A stretch of DNA of 20,000 nt from an uncultured virus (IMG/VR IMGVR_UViG_3300033069_000905) (IMGVR_UViG_3300033069_000905:111954-131953); one strand, 5' to 3'. Positions 1-7,987 are shown, counted from the stretch's first letter. The notes: generated by a model from the letters alone, not told the origin. A program made the numbers and translations.

Positions 1-15
1 ATACATAATCGCCAT
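1..15 (-). CDS. 5' end of a gene running off the left edge (MAIMY...)
   Basis: ATG at 15-13, preceded by the CGGAGTG RBS seen at other genes here and by the promoter at 46-74. Confidence 0.55.
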
Positions 16-45
16 TTCGCACTCCGTTGCAGTTAATTTGTTAGA

Positions 46-74
46 AGTATAGTCCGTTTTATTCAGTTTGTCAA
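46..74 (-). promoter_or_regulatory. sigma70-type promoter
   Basis: TTGACA-17 bp-TATACT on the minus strand, intergenic. Confidence 0.85.
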
Positions 75-140
75 GCACAGTGCTATCACTGACACCCTTA
101 GAGTCGCCAGTAAACACCGACGACAGCAACCCGAATTTTT

Positions 141-983
141 TCAGAACCCCCAAACGTTGCCTTTTACCTTGACCGGGGTTACGCTACATGTCTGTACGTA
201 CCCATCCGAGCCGTGACCCTTTGTTGACTTTGCAATAACAGAGTGCCCCTTCTGTAAACCTGACGAAGAAAAGTCTAGCTCCCTGTTCGCATAAAAACCC
301 TTATCCACACCCAACGCGGAGTAATACTTATCTTCGTACTCACCGTACCGTGCCGCTATGGGGTAAGTTTTTGACGGGGCAACCTTGTCGATACCAAAGT
401 GCTTGTTGAGCCAATCAATCTGCTTTTGACTCTCTACCGCTTTTTTGCAGTAGTTTGTTCGCACGTACTCAATGGCGTTTTTGTTGCCCGTCATGTGCAT
501 AACCAGAGCAGCCAGCACCGTACCCGTTCTTCCGTGTCCGCCAATGCACCCCAAGTGCACCTTCTTCCCTGATTTCAAGGCGTCTTCAAGATAGCCCAGC
601 AGCTTCCTGAATTCAACGATGTTGTCAGGAACACCGCTGTCTACGATATGGAATTCGAAGGCGATACGACCAGACCACGGATAGATTTTGAACTGTTCCA
701 TGCTCCGCTCAAAGCCCACGTAAACATCGGCGTCTTTAACCACGGGGTCTAAACATGACCCACCGTAAATTTTGTAGTCACCTATTGCCAACGCGGGGTG
801 GCTGTGTGCACACTTCGGGAGAGTTGATTTAGTCACGCGCACAGGTGCTTTCGTTTTGCTGGTGCTGAACGTAGCTTTGGCGTCATTGAAAGGTATGACT
901 TTTCCTTTTGATGAGCCAGTACGACTCGCCAAAGCAAGGTCTTTTGCTTTCTTCCAAGAATCCCAATCCATCGGCTTGTTCAT
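141..983 (-). CDS. CX5R protein-tyrosine/dual-specificity phosphatase superfamily protein
   Basis: VHLGCIGGHGRTG P-loop, upstream IVDSGVP acid loop, downstream AIEYVR...AVESQKQ (Q-loop-like); low-complexity extensions at both ends. Confidence 0.85.
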   Translation of the reverse strand: MNKPMDWDSWKKAKDLALASRTGSSKGKVIPFNDAKATFSTSKTKAPVRVTKSTLPKCAHSHPALAIGDYKIYGGSCLDPVVKDADVYVGFERSMEQFKIYPWSGRIAFEFHIVDSGVPDNIVEFRKLLGYLEDALKSGKKVHLGCIGGHGRTGTVLAALVMHMTGNKNAIEYVRTNYCKKAVESQKQIDWLNKHFGIDKVAPSKTYPIAARYGEYEDKYYSALGVDKGFYANRELDFSSSGLQKGHSVIAKSTKGHGSDGYVQTCSVTPVKVKGNVWGF

Positions 984-1957
984 GCCGCACTCCGTTCAAT
1001 CACAGAAGCATACGATTTGGGCGTGACATAAATTTGTTTCTTCGCATACGCCTTAGAATACGCCCCGTGTGCTGCTACCTGTTTAGCTTTTTCACTTGGA
1101 TAATCACCCAAAGCGCCTAGCGCCTCTACCTTGAACCAATCAACATAAAGCGGGTCTGGGCAAGGCAAACAGGCATCAATAGCCGACAAAGCATCATGCA
1201 GAGCGTGCGTACAGTTACCAAGTTCACCGTTAGCTACGTACTCCCTAATCTGCCCCGAGCGCTGCACGTCAAGAATCTTCAGCAACTCTTTTGTGTAGTG
1301 GTCGTAGAGCATGCCCTTGTTGAACATCGGGCCGTTGTTGTGTGCAAGCGACCACGACAAGTCATTCATCAATTCCAGAGAAATTTCACCGAAAACGACT
1401 TTCCTCAGAACTTCAGCGATTTCAGCCCACGGCTTCCCACCAAAGTTGTTTGGGTTGCCCCACTTCTTGAACACGTCAACAATCCCCGCCACGTACTCGC
1501 CCAAAGACACACCGCTGAGCGTAGACGCGCAGCCATCTTTCATGTAATCCGCCGCTGTACTTGACGAGGCGTTACTTTTTAGCCCCTTGATGAACTCAGT
1601 GATCTTGTACTGCGGGTCAAGCTTAGCAATACAGTGTGAAGGGGCGTGCCTAGCTTCGCGTGTAATAATGGTAAGGATGTAGTAGAACAGGCGAGCAGAA
1701 CTTTCAGACGCTTTTTTCAGATACAACCGAGCCAAGGCGTCCGCTTCTTCGGACAGATTTTCTTTTTTGTCGAATTGTGAACCCAGACGGCCAAAAGCGT
1801 CGTTGAGAAGATAGAAAAGAATCGCTTCTTCTTCAACACCGACTGACGTATTCGCCTTGAGGTATTTTGAGAGTTGCTGTGCCGTAGACACCAGTGGAGT
1901 CCCACTAACGTCTTGCTGCTTGAATAGCAACGCCTTTTTGTAATGCTCTAAATTCAT
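980..1957 (-). CDS. hypothetical protein, 325 aa, mostly helical
   Basis: Long ORF with CGGAGTG RBS before ATG 1957, its own promoter and an ATGA overlap with the phosphatase gene; motif-like segments FGGKPW and LAHNNGPMFNKG; family not recognised. Confidence 0.8.
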   Translation of the reverse strand: MNLEHYKKALLFKQQDVSGTPLVSTAQQLSKYLKANTSVGVEEEAILFYLLNDAFGRLGSQFDKKENLSEEADALARLYLKKASESSARLFYYILTIITREARHAPSHCIAKLDPQYKITEFIKGLKSNASSSTAADYMKDGCASTLSGVSLGEYVAGIVDVFKKWGNPNNFGGKPWAEIAEVLRKVVFGEISLELMNDLSWSLAHNNGPMFNKGMLYDHYTKELLKILDVQRSGQIREYVANGELGNCTHALHDALSAIDACLPCPDPLYVDWFKVEALGALGDYPSEKAKQVAAHGAYSKAYAKKQIYVTPKSYASVIERSAA

Positions 1958-1985
1958 AATCACTCCGTTGATTCAGTATTGCTTG

Positions 1986-2014
1986 AGGATACTACACTGC
2001 CATAAGTTTGTCAA
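1986..2014 (-). promoter_or_regulatory. sigma70-type promoter
   Basis: TTGACA-17 bp-TATCCT, overlapping the stop codon of the upstream gene. Confidence 0.8.
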
Positions 2015-2460
2015 TAGAACAATGCAATTACTTTCGCCACTTCCAACGTCACCTTGGTTTTTAGGCTAGGGCTATAGTCCGTCACTAGCGCTTGTTGTTC
2101 TTTCGTTTCAATGGCGTGGCTCTTGTAGTTGTCTCGCACGTATTGAACGGCTTTTTCTTCGCCAAGCAGAGTCATCAGCGCACCAAAGAACAGGCCAGTC
2201 CGACCAATACCCCCCATGCACCCGACATACATCGGTTTTTTGCGTGCGATTGGGATAAGCGCTTGCCTGATCCCGCGATCCAAATCTTCTTTATCCGGCA
2301 CAGAAAAATCTTCTGTGGGGATGTCGATATTGCAAGGATGATTAATCTCTTTTGCCATCTTCACGCCGAAAAAACCATCAGGCTTGACACGGTAAGGGCC
2401 ACCCACAATCCTGCGGGGTGATCCACCAAAAGAGAAATCAAAATTTTGTACAGCAGACAT
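2011..2460 (-). CDS. minimal CX5R protein-tyrosine/dual-specificity phosphatase
   Basis: YVGCMGGIGRTG P-loop, IPTEDFSVP acid loop, AVQYVR...AIETKEQ. Confidence 0.85.
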   Translation of the reverse strand: MSAVQNFDFSFGGSPRRIVGGPYRVKPDGFFGVKMAKEINHPCNIDIPTEDFSVPDKEDLDRGIRQALIPIARKKPMYVGCMGGIGRTGLFFGALMTLLGEEKAVQYVRDNYKSHAIETKEQQALVTDYSPSLKTKVTLEVAKVIALFY

Positions 2461-2832
2461 TTATCGCCCTTTCGTCTTGCACTCTTGGCAAGGTATAGTG
2501 TTTCGTATTTCATTTGTCCCGTGGCACTTACGACAGTTCTTGTCTTTACCACAACAGTCACAATCGTCTATCACGAGAATCCGTTTTGTGTCATTGCAGA
2601 ATGCACAACGCACATATTGTTTATGAGTATATACCTGTGGTTCTGGTTTGTCAAGCACTTCAACGTGCGGCTTGTGCCTAACTACACCCCGCAAGTACCC
2701 ACGACCTTCTGTACGCACGTCTGTACGCCCATCAATCCGTTTTCTTCGCGGTGTGTGCGGAGTAACAACCGTTGGTGTGGTGGGTGCGGCCTCAACCGGC
2801 GAAGGCTTACTGGTACTGTAGCGTACTGTCAA
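2461..2832 (-). CDS. Cys-rich zinc-finger protein (DnaJ-CR-like CxxC repeats)
   Basis: CAFC, CDCC, CRKCHG and CQEC in the C-terminal half; start uncertain (TTG 2832 chosen to limit overlap). Confidence 0.55.
   Translation of the reverse strand: MTVRYSTSKPSPVEAAPTTPTVVTPHTPRRKRIDGRTDVRTEGRGYLRGVVRHKPHVEVLDKPEPQVYTHKQYVRCAFCNDTKRILVIDDCDCCGKDKNCRKCHGTNEIRNTIPCQECKTKGR
2626..2654 (-). promoter_or_regulatory. sigma70-type promoter (intragenic, upstream of the small phosphatase gene)
   Basis: TTGACA-17 bp-TATACT with the same TTGACAAAC context as the intergenic promoters. Confidence 0.7.
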
Positions 2833-3115
2833 CTCGTTTGTCTCGATTGTTGTCGCGTAGGATGACGACAGAACGTGGGGCGCTGATAAGTATGTGGGCT
2901 TGTGTTCTGGTCTTCTCGTGGTCAGGAAGCCCAACGCCTACATAAACATCGGGGATGACCTCAATGTAATCCACCGCATCAAGCACGAACTCAGTGCCCC
3001 TCACAGACACCACCATCTCATCTTTACGAGGGGATATATACACGACAGTCAACGGAGTGTCCCCAAGGTAAATCACCCTACCCTCAGACACCCCCAAAGA
3101 TAATCCTTTACCCAT
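2807..3115 (-). CDS. CsrA/RsmA-like RNA-binding protein (divergent, with internal insertion)
   Basis: N-term LSLGVSEGRVIYLGD resembles CsrA LILTRRVGETLMIGD; C-term AHILISAPRSVVILR resembles VRIGIxAPKxVxxHR. Confidence 0.55.
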   Translation of the reverse strand: MGKGLSLGVSEGRVIYLGDTPLTVVYISPRKDEMVVSVRGTEFVLDAVDYIEVIPDVYVGVGLPDHEKTRTQAHILISAPRSVVILRDNNRDKRVDSTLQYQ

Positions 3116-3116
3116 A

Positions 3117-3524
3117 TTAACGCCCCATCAATCGTTTAGCTGTGTCCGTGGTGATCCAAGTGCTGCCGCCGACGATGCCGCGCTTGTAGTCGGTTATTTC
3201 AACAAGACCCTTGTATCTGAGAATAGTAAGTTGTGATGCCACATCCGAACTGGTCTGTGCAACTTCCGCGCTTTGGTTAACCAGTTCAGTAACATGCTTG
3301 GTGCTTGCGGGTTCAATGGCAAATAACGCGCCCAAGGCACACAAAAGTTTTGTTCCGCGTCTTGGTAGAGTGACTTCTTCTTCGATGTCAATATGGTCAG
3401 TCTGACTACCATCCGCATACTTCGATTGAACCAGTTTTAGAAAACCACAAAAGCATTTTAGAAAAACGCCCGTGTGGTCTTCGATATACCGCGCAGAAAC
3501 GCTACAGCACTTAGGACACTCCAT
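3117..3524 (-). CDS. Zn-ribbon plus winged-HTH putative transcription regulator
   Basis: CPKC...CFCG followed by the wHTH pattern STKHVTELV...SSDVASQLTILRYKGLVE...GGSTW; start may lie up to 75 bp further upstream. Confidence 0.65.
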   Translation of the reverse strand: MECPKCCSVSARYIEDHTGVFLKCFCGFLKLVQSKYADGSQTDHIDIEEEVTLPRRGTKLLCALGALFAIEPASTKHVTELVNQSAEVAQTSSDVASQLTILRYKGLVEITDYKRGIVGGSTWITTDTAKRLMGR

Positions 3525-3595
3525 GTCAATCCCCCCGCAGAACTCCACGGGGTTAAATTGTACGAAGTTATTTGAATTGTAAATAGTCATGTTAA

Positions 3596-5710
3596 TCAAG
3601 CACTCAGAAGGGACTTCAAAACAACGTCTTCAGAAGCAACCAACTTCTGATAAGAAACAACTGAAGGAACGCTATCCCCTGCAATCACTAGCTCCGTGAG
3701 GGGTTCGCCAGAAAAGCCTTTCAATTCAAGCACTTTACCCACGGCATCCTTTTTATTCGCCAAACCGTCGCCAAACTTCACGGTTCCTTTGGCGAAAAGC
3801 AAATCTTCGACAGAATTGACTTCTTCGATCAAAGAAAAACCAACATCCGTCAGCTTGCTTTTTAGCTTGTGGGTTACGCTAAAAAAGCCAAGATCAATCG
3901 CCACAGGCTTCGTCGGCTTAGCTTCAGCCAGACTGTCCAGCTTGCTTCTTGACACCTTTTTGTAGTCGAACAGTTCAAACAACTCAAACAGCGGCTTGTC
4001 ATATTCAACAACCGATTCGACTGACGTAGCGATAGAAATGATCCCTTCAAAGTCGTTAGCAACATGCTTCAGATGGTCGGGGTTCTTATCAAACTCACGT
4101 GTGTCAAGATAGCCGTAAGTACCCGATGTAACCAGCGGCACGAAAGAAACTTCACCGTGTACCCACGCAGATAACGTACTCAGTTCGGTATTGCTATCAG
4201 CCGCAATTATCGGAACATCGCTACCAACCCAAATGTTGCCCGTATCACCCTCAATCGTGATCTTGGTTTCACCTTCCGCGATGTAAGCACCGTTCAACGC
4301 CCAATAGTCGCCCCCCGAAACAGTCTTTCCCTGAGTCAAGTCAAGGCAACCGACCACGCAAACCTTGTCCATCCCGCGAGCCACCACCGCAGCGTGTGAG
4401 GATGATCCCCCTGTTTGGGTAAGAATCCCCACAGCCGCATTCATCCCTGCGATGTCATCAGGAGTGGTTTCCTTGGACAGCAGAATAACACTTTTTGTCT
4501 TCGCCAGTTCAACAGCTTTTTCCGATGAGAACACCGCCACGCCCGTAGCAAAACCCGTTGACGCAGCCAGTCCTTTACCCGTAGGGGCAATAGAAAACGA
4601 AGGATCAATCACAGGGCGACTTGCCATGAGGTATTGATCATACGAAATACGCGAGAATGCCGTCTTACGATCAATCACGCCCTCAAACACCAAGTCAACC
4701 GCCACCTTAACCGCAGCTTTTGCCGTGCGCTTGGCATTACGAGTTTGCAGGATAAACAGTTCACCGTCTTGAATAGTGAATTCAATATCTTGCATGTCGG
4801 CAAACGACTTTTCAAGCTTGTCAGCCGTTAGAATCAACTGTGCGAAGCTGTCAGTATTCCATTCAAGCATCGACTCTATCGGCAAAGGTGTACGCACACC
4901 AGAAACCACGTCTTCGCCCTGAGCGTTAACAAGGTACTCACCAACCGCCTTATTTTCGCCTGTAGCGGGGTTACGAGAAAAGAGAACACCCGTAGCTGAC
5001 TTGTCGTTCATGTTACCGAAAACCATTGCCTGAATAATACAAGCAGTCCCCAAGTCATGCGGAATCTTGTTCAGGTTACGATAGGTAATCGCACGGTCGG
5101 TATTCCACGAACCGTAAACCGCCTTGATTGCCCGACGCAATTGCATTTTGAACGTCTGTGGGAAGTCTGGCGTGATGCCAAGGAAAAGTTCGCAGATTAC
5201 TTTAAGGGATTGAACCGACAGTTCGGCGTCCGTAGAAACTTTCTCTACTTCTTTAACGTCATCCAGAATCGCTTCGTACTTGCTGGAAGAAATATTGAAC
5301 ACCACCGAACCGAACATCTGAATCAGACGACGATACGAGTCCCAAGCCGCACGTTCACCGATGCGCTTTTCCCACGCTTTAATCGTGGTTGAAGTCAGGC
5401 CAACGTTTAGGATTGTTTCGCACATGCCGGGGCAGCTAACCTTAGCGCCCGAACGAACAGAGAAAAGTGGCAGATAGCCAAACTTCTTTTCGATTTCATC
5501 AATGTAAGTATAGGCTTGCAGGGCAAGTGCCGCAGTGGACTCCGTACCCGCGTTGATACCCGCACAAAGCGTAGTGGGGAGAATGATTGCCGGGGGGACA
5601 TTGATCCCCAGACCAGCCATTTTCAAAAGGTTAAGCCCTTTACCCCCAAGAACGTCGATAGACGCTTCCGAAGGGGAACCAAAACCTACAGGGTAAAATT
5701 CAGCACTCAT
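3596..5710 (-). CDS. ppdK: pyruvate phosphate dikinase-like protein: ATP-grasp and phospho-His swivel domains, non-canonical C-terminus
   Basis: LGGKG, SVRSGA, QAMVFGN, NAQGEDVVSG, DIEF, LQTR and GGSSSHAAVVARG motifs; no PEP/pyruvate-barrel motifs; CGGAGTG RBS before ATG 5710. Confidence 0.9.
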   Translation of the reverse strand: MSAEFYPVGFGSPSEASIDVLGGKGLNLLKMAGLGINVPPAIILPTTLCAGINAGTESTAALALQAYTYIDEIEKKFGYLPLFSVRSGAKVSCPGMCETILNVGLTSTTIKAWEKRIGERAAWDSYRRLIQMFGSVVFNISSSKYEAILDDVKEVEKVSTDAELSVQSLKVICELFLGITPDFPQTFKMQLRRAIKAVYGSWNTDRAITYRNLNKIPHDLGTACIIQAMVFGNMNDKSATGVLFSRNPATGENKAVGEYLVNAQGEDVVSGVRTPLPIESMLEWNTDSFAQLILTADKLEKSFADMQDIEFTIQDGELFILQTRNAKRTAKAAVKVAVDLVFEGVIDRKTAFSRISYDQYLMASRPVIDPSFSIAPTGKGLAASTGFATGVAVFSSEKAVELAKTKSVILLSKETTPDDIAGMNAAVGILTQTGGSSSHAAVVARGMDKVCVVGCLDLTQGKTVSGGDYWALNGAYIAEGETKITIEGDTGNIWVGSDVPIIAADSNTELSTLSAWVHGEVSFVPLVTSGTYGYLDTREFDKNPDHLKHVANDFEGIISIATSVESVVEYDKPLFELFELFDYKKVSRSKLDSLAEAKPTKPVAIDLGFFSVTHKLKSKLTDVGFSLIEEVNSVEDLLFAKGTVKFGDGLANKKDAVGKVLELKGFSGEPLTELVIAGDSVPSVVSYQKLVASEDVVLKSLLSA

Positions 5711-5728
5711 AAACACTCCGTTGTTTTG

Positions 5729-5744
5729 TTGCAAGTAATTTCAA
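5729..5744. promoter_or_regulatory. recurrent operator-like motif TTGCAAGTAATTTCAA, copy 1
   Basis: Lies between the promoter and RBS of the dikinase gene; repeated at 9741, 13294 and 16906. Confidence 0.6.
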
Positions 5745-5751
5745 TAGCCCA

Positions 5752-5780
5752 AGTATAGCGCCCTGTTCTTGTTTTGTCAA
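5752..5780 (-). promoter_or_regulatory. sigma70-type promoter of the dikinase operon
   Basis: TTGACA-17 bp-TATACT. Confidence 0.85.
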
Positions 5781-5959
5781 GCTATATCAAGTGCATCGTG
5801 CACAGCTATCAGGAACCCCACAGAATCCACATCGGGGATCACGCCGTTTAGCAGTTCATCGCGTGTGCCCTCTAGCTCTTGGCGATCTATTTCTTCAAGG
5901 GGAGACTCCAATACAGACATCACCTTGCCTAGCAAGGATTCTACCTCACCTGCTTCCAT
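5777..5959 (-). CDS. small acidic hypothetical protein
   Basis: Fills the gap between the kinase gene and the promoter; overlaps the upstream stop. Confidence 0.6.
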   Translation of the reverse strand: MEAGEVESLLGKVMSVLESPLEEIDRQELEGTRDELLNGVIPDVDSVGFLIAVHDALDIA

Positions 5960-6500
5960 ATCTATCCTGTGTATGCCTGAAAAATTCAGCTAAGTATATG
6001 CCCATGCGTTGTTTTGTTCCACTGTTGTCATAGGTCGCGTCAACTTCAAACTCTTGTGTTTCGCTGGCATGGGATGATCCGGGAACGTCTTCTTCCTGCG
6101 GTCGGGTGACCCGTAGCAGTACACCATTGTTGTTACGTATCCAATTCGCTTCGTCGGGGAAACGCACGTCATCAAACACCACCGTCATGTGTTCTCTGAC
6201 CTTCCCTACGGCAAGTTTTGCTCTACGTACCCAGAAATCTTGTCCGAAGTTTTGACGCATACATTCGGTTCCTAGCTTCTGTAGCATTTCCCGCCTTGTA
6301 ATCCCCCAATAGGGATCAACTGCGCTTTTTCCTTGCGAGAAGTCTTCTGGCTTCAATCCAAAGAGGGAACACGCAGCCTCTTTCAACGGTGTGGCAAAGG
6401 ATAGCTTGCACACGAAAAACTGGCGAACCAGTTCATCAGCCGCAGTCGTCTTTCCCGCCCCCATTGCCCCCGCAATACCAATAATTATCCGCTTTGCCAT
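5946..6500 (-). CDS. deoxynucleoside monophosphate kinase (T4 gp1-like)
   Basis: P-loop GAMGAGKTT, SFATPLKE, REMLQKLGTE, FWV, DDVRFPDEA, HASE. Confidence 0.92.
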   Translation of the reverse strand: MAKRIIIGIAGAMGAGKTTAADELVRQFFVCKLSFATPLKEAACSLFGLKPEDFSQGKSAVDPYWGITRREMLQKLGTECMRQNFGQDFWVRRAKLAVGKVREHMTVVFDDVRFPDEANWIRNNNGVLLRVTRPQEEDVPGSSHASETQEFEVDATYDNSGTKQRMGIYLAEFFRHTQDRYGSR

Positions 6501-6536
6501 ACTAGAAACCCCTCAGTGCACAATATTAGAAGCTTA

Positions 6537-6737
6537 CTACGAAGAGACACTACATTTGTTAGTTGCTTGGCACGCGGGACAAGCCAATAGCTCTTTTCCG
6601 TCTTTTTTAAGATACTCCCACTCCACCCCTCTCGGCGGGAGTACAACAGGGTCGCTGTACGGGGATGTTTCTTCGCTCGTGGACTCAACAAAGCCGCATA
6701 CTTCGCACACCCATACATTTGTTTGATACACCGACAT
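6537..6737 (-). CDS. small zinc-binding hypothetical protein
   Basis: CEVC...W...CPAC; in register with its neighbours. Confidence 0.6.
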   Translation of the reverse strand: MSVYQTNVWVCEVCGFVESTSEETSPYSDPVVLPPRGVEWEYLKKDGKELLACPACQATNKCSVSS

Positions 6738-6740
6738 GCT

Positions 6741-7223
6741 TTATTTCCTAGCGCTAGTGTAGGCTTTTGCCGATTCTTTCATCCTGTCAAAAGATTCCCC
6801 ATCACGGCACACCACAAAACTGGAATACCGCTGTACGGCTTTCGTCATGCGAATGTTGCCTATGCCAATGTAAGTAGAATCAGACAGGATGATCAGCGAA
6901 CTGGGTTGGGCTTCACCCAACTTGTGCGACTCTACACCATGCAGGACTGTGTTGGAGTACACCTTCACGCGCTTTCCGAAAGCCGCCTTGTCTTCTAATA
7001 ATTTGATGAAGGCTGGTTCTTCCACCACGGACGAAATAACTTCAATACGAATGCGTGTAGACGCCACTAACTGATACACCGCACGCAGAGCATCCTGCCC
7101 TGTATAAACACGACACTCATCACCCTCGAACAAAGGCGTGTTGTTTTGCAAATCCAATGTGATTGGGTCTGCCTTAACCAGACTACTGAAGATCAGCAGC
7201 AATAGAAGCCATGTACGCATCAT
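6741..7223 (-). CDS. exported protein with degenerate PLD/Nuc-like fold
   Basis: Signal peptide MMRTWLLLLLIFSSLVKA; pattern resembles Nuc-type PLD but HxK is absent. Confidence 0.55.
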   Translation of the reverse strand: MMRTWLLLLLIFSSLVKADPITLDLQNNTPLFEGDECRVYTGQDALRAVYQLVASTRIRIEVISSVVEEPAFIKLLEDKAAFGKRVKVYSNTVLHGVESHKLGEAQPSSLIILSDSTYIGIGNIRMTKAVQRYSSFVVCRDGESFDRMKESAKAYTSARK

Positions 7224-7380
7224 ACCCCTCGTCTTTCTTAATTATGTTAGCCACAGTGCCTTCGCTCACACGGCACACCCTAGCAATCTCAGCTTGCTTC
7301 ATTTCCGAACCGTAGTACCAACGATTGACGAAAAAGCACAGTTCTTCGCGTGTTCCATATCGCCCCGTTGTTTTTATCAT
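7183..7380 (-). CDS. small HTH DNA-binding protein
   Basis: MKQAEIARVCRVSEGTVANII helix-turn-helix; start overlaps the upstream stop. Confidence 0.7.
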   Translation of the reverse strand: MIKTTGRYGTREELCFFVNRWYYGSEMKQAEIARVCRVSEGTVANIIKKDEGYDAYMASIAADLQ

Positions 7381-7733
7381 AGCCCCACAAACCTCATGTT
7401 GCACAGGGAACTACAAAAAGCGTAGTTGCTGTCAAAGCGTGCTTCAGCTTCTTTCATTTTCTTACCGCACTCAGCGCACTTGACAACACCATCAAAAGGA
7501 ACGTACTCACCCAAGCCCTTTGATGGAAACTGGTTTTTGGTGGGATCATAAATCTCACCGTTCGGCCTAACCGTCCACCAGTGCGGTTCGTTTGTATTCC
7601 AGATGGGGCAGAAGTAGTGCCCACGAACCAAAGTCAAAGAAGGATCAGCCACACACGCAGCATCGCAAAGCTGTTTGCACTTCCCACGATACTTAATGTA
7701 GTCCGATGCGGTTATTTCTGTATGTATTGACAT
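7377..7733 (-). CDS. hypothetical protein with C-terminal Zn finger
   Basis: C...HWW...IYDPT (transglutaminase/papain-like pattern, tentative) followed by CAEC...CSSLC. Confidence 0.7.
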   Translation of the reverse strand: MSIHTEITASDYIKYRGKCKQLCDAACVADPSLTLVRGHYFCPIWNTNEPHWWTVRPNGEIYDPTKNQFPSKGLGEYVPFDGVVKCAECGKKMKEAEARFDSNYAFCSSLCNMRFVGL

Positions 7734-7738
7734 AGTGA

Positions 7739-7930
7739 TTACCCACGAGAGTAGGCTACGGCTGGCAGCGCTTCGTGAGTCCACGTACCCCAAAACAAAT
7801 CCCCGCGCAGTATAAAATCAGGGGCGTCAAGATTATCACCACAAGCCACCGATGCGTAGTGGAAACCACGAAACACGGGGTTAAATTTTGCAGGGCTGGT
7901 TGGGTACGCCGTTGTTGTGTACGGTGTCAT
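7739..7930 (-). CDS. small hypothetical protein
   Basis: First ORF after the promoter at 7988-8016. Confidence 0.45.
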   Translation of the reverse strand: MTPYTTTAYPTSPAKFNPVFRGFHYASVACGDNLDAPDFILRGDLFWGTWTHEALPAVAYSRG

Positions 7931-7987
7931 ATTTATACCTATGTATAGTCGAATATAGTTACAACTTAGTATAACTGTGTATAGGCT

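Noticed and set aside
3596..4165. Frameshifted or pseudogenised ppdK
   Set aside because: The reading frame stays open to the stop, and the overlapping alternative-frame ORFs listed contain no pyruvate-barrel motifs.
7931..7987. AT-rich imperfect inverted repeat in the leader after promoter 7988-8016
   Set aside because: The long stem pairs well only on the non-coding strand, and the sequence is low complexity, so it cannot be told from chance.
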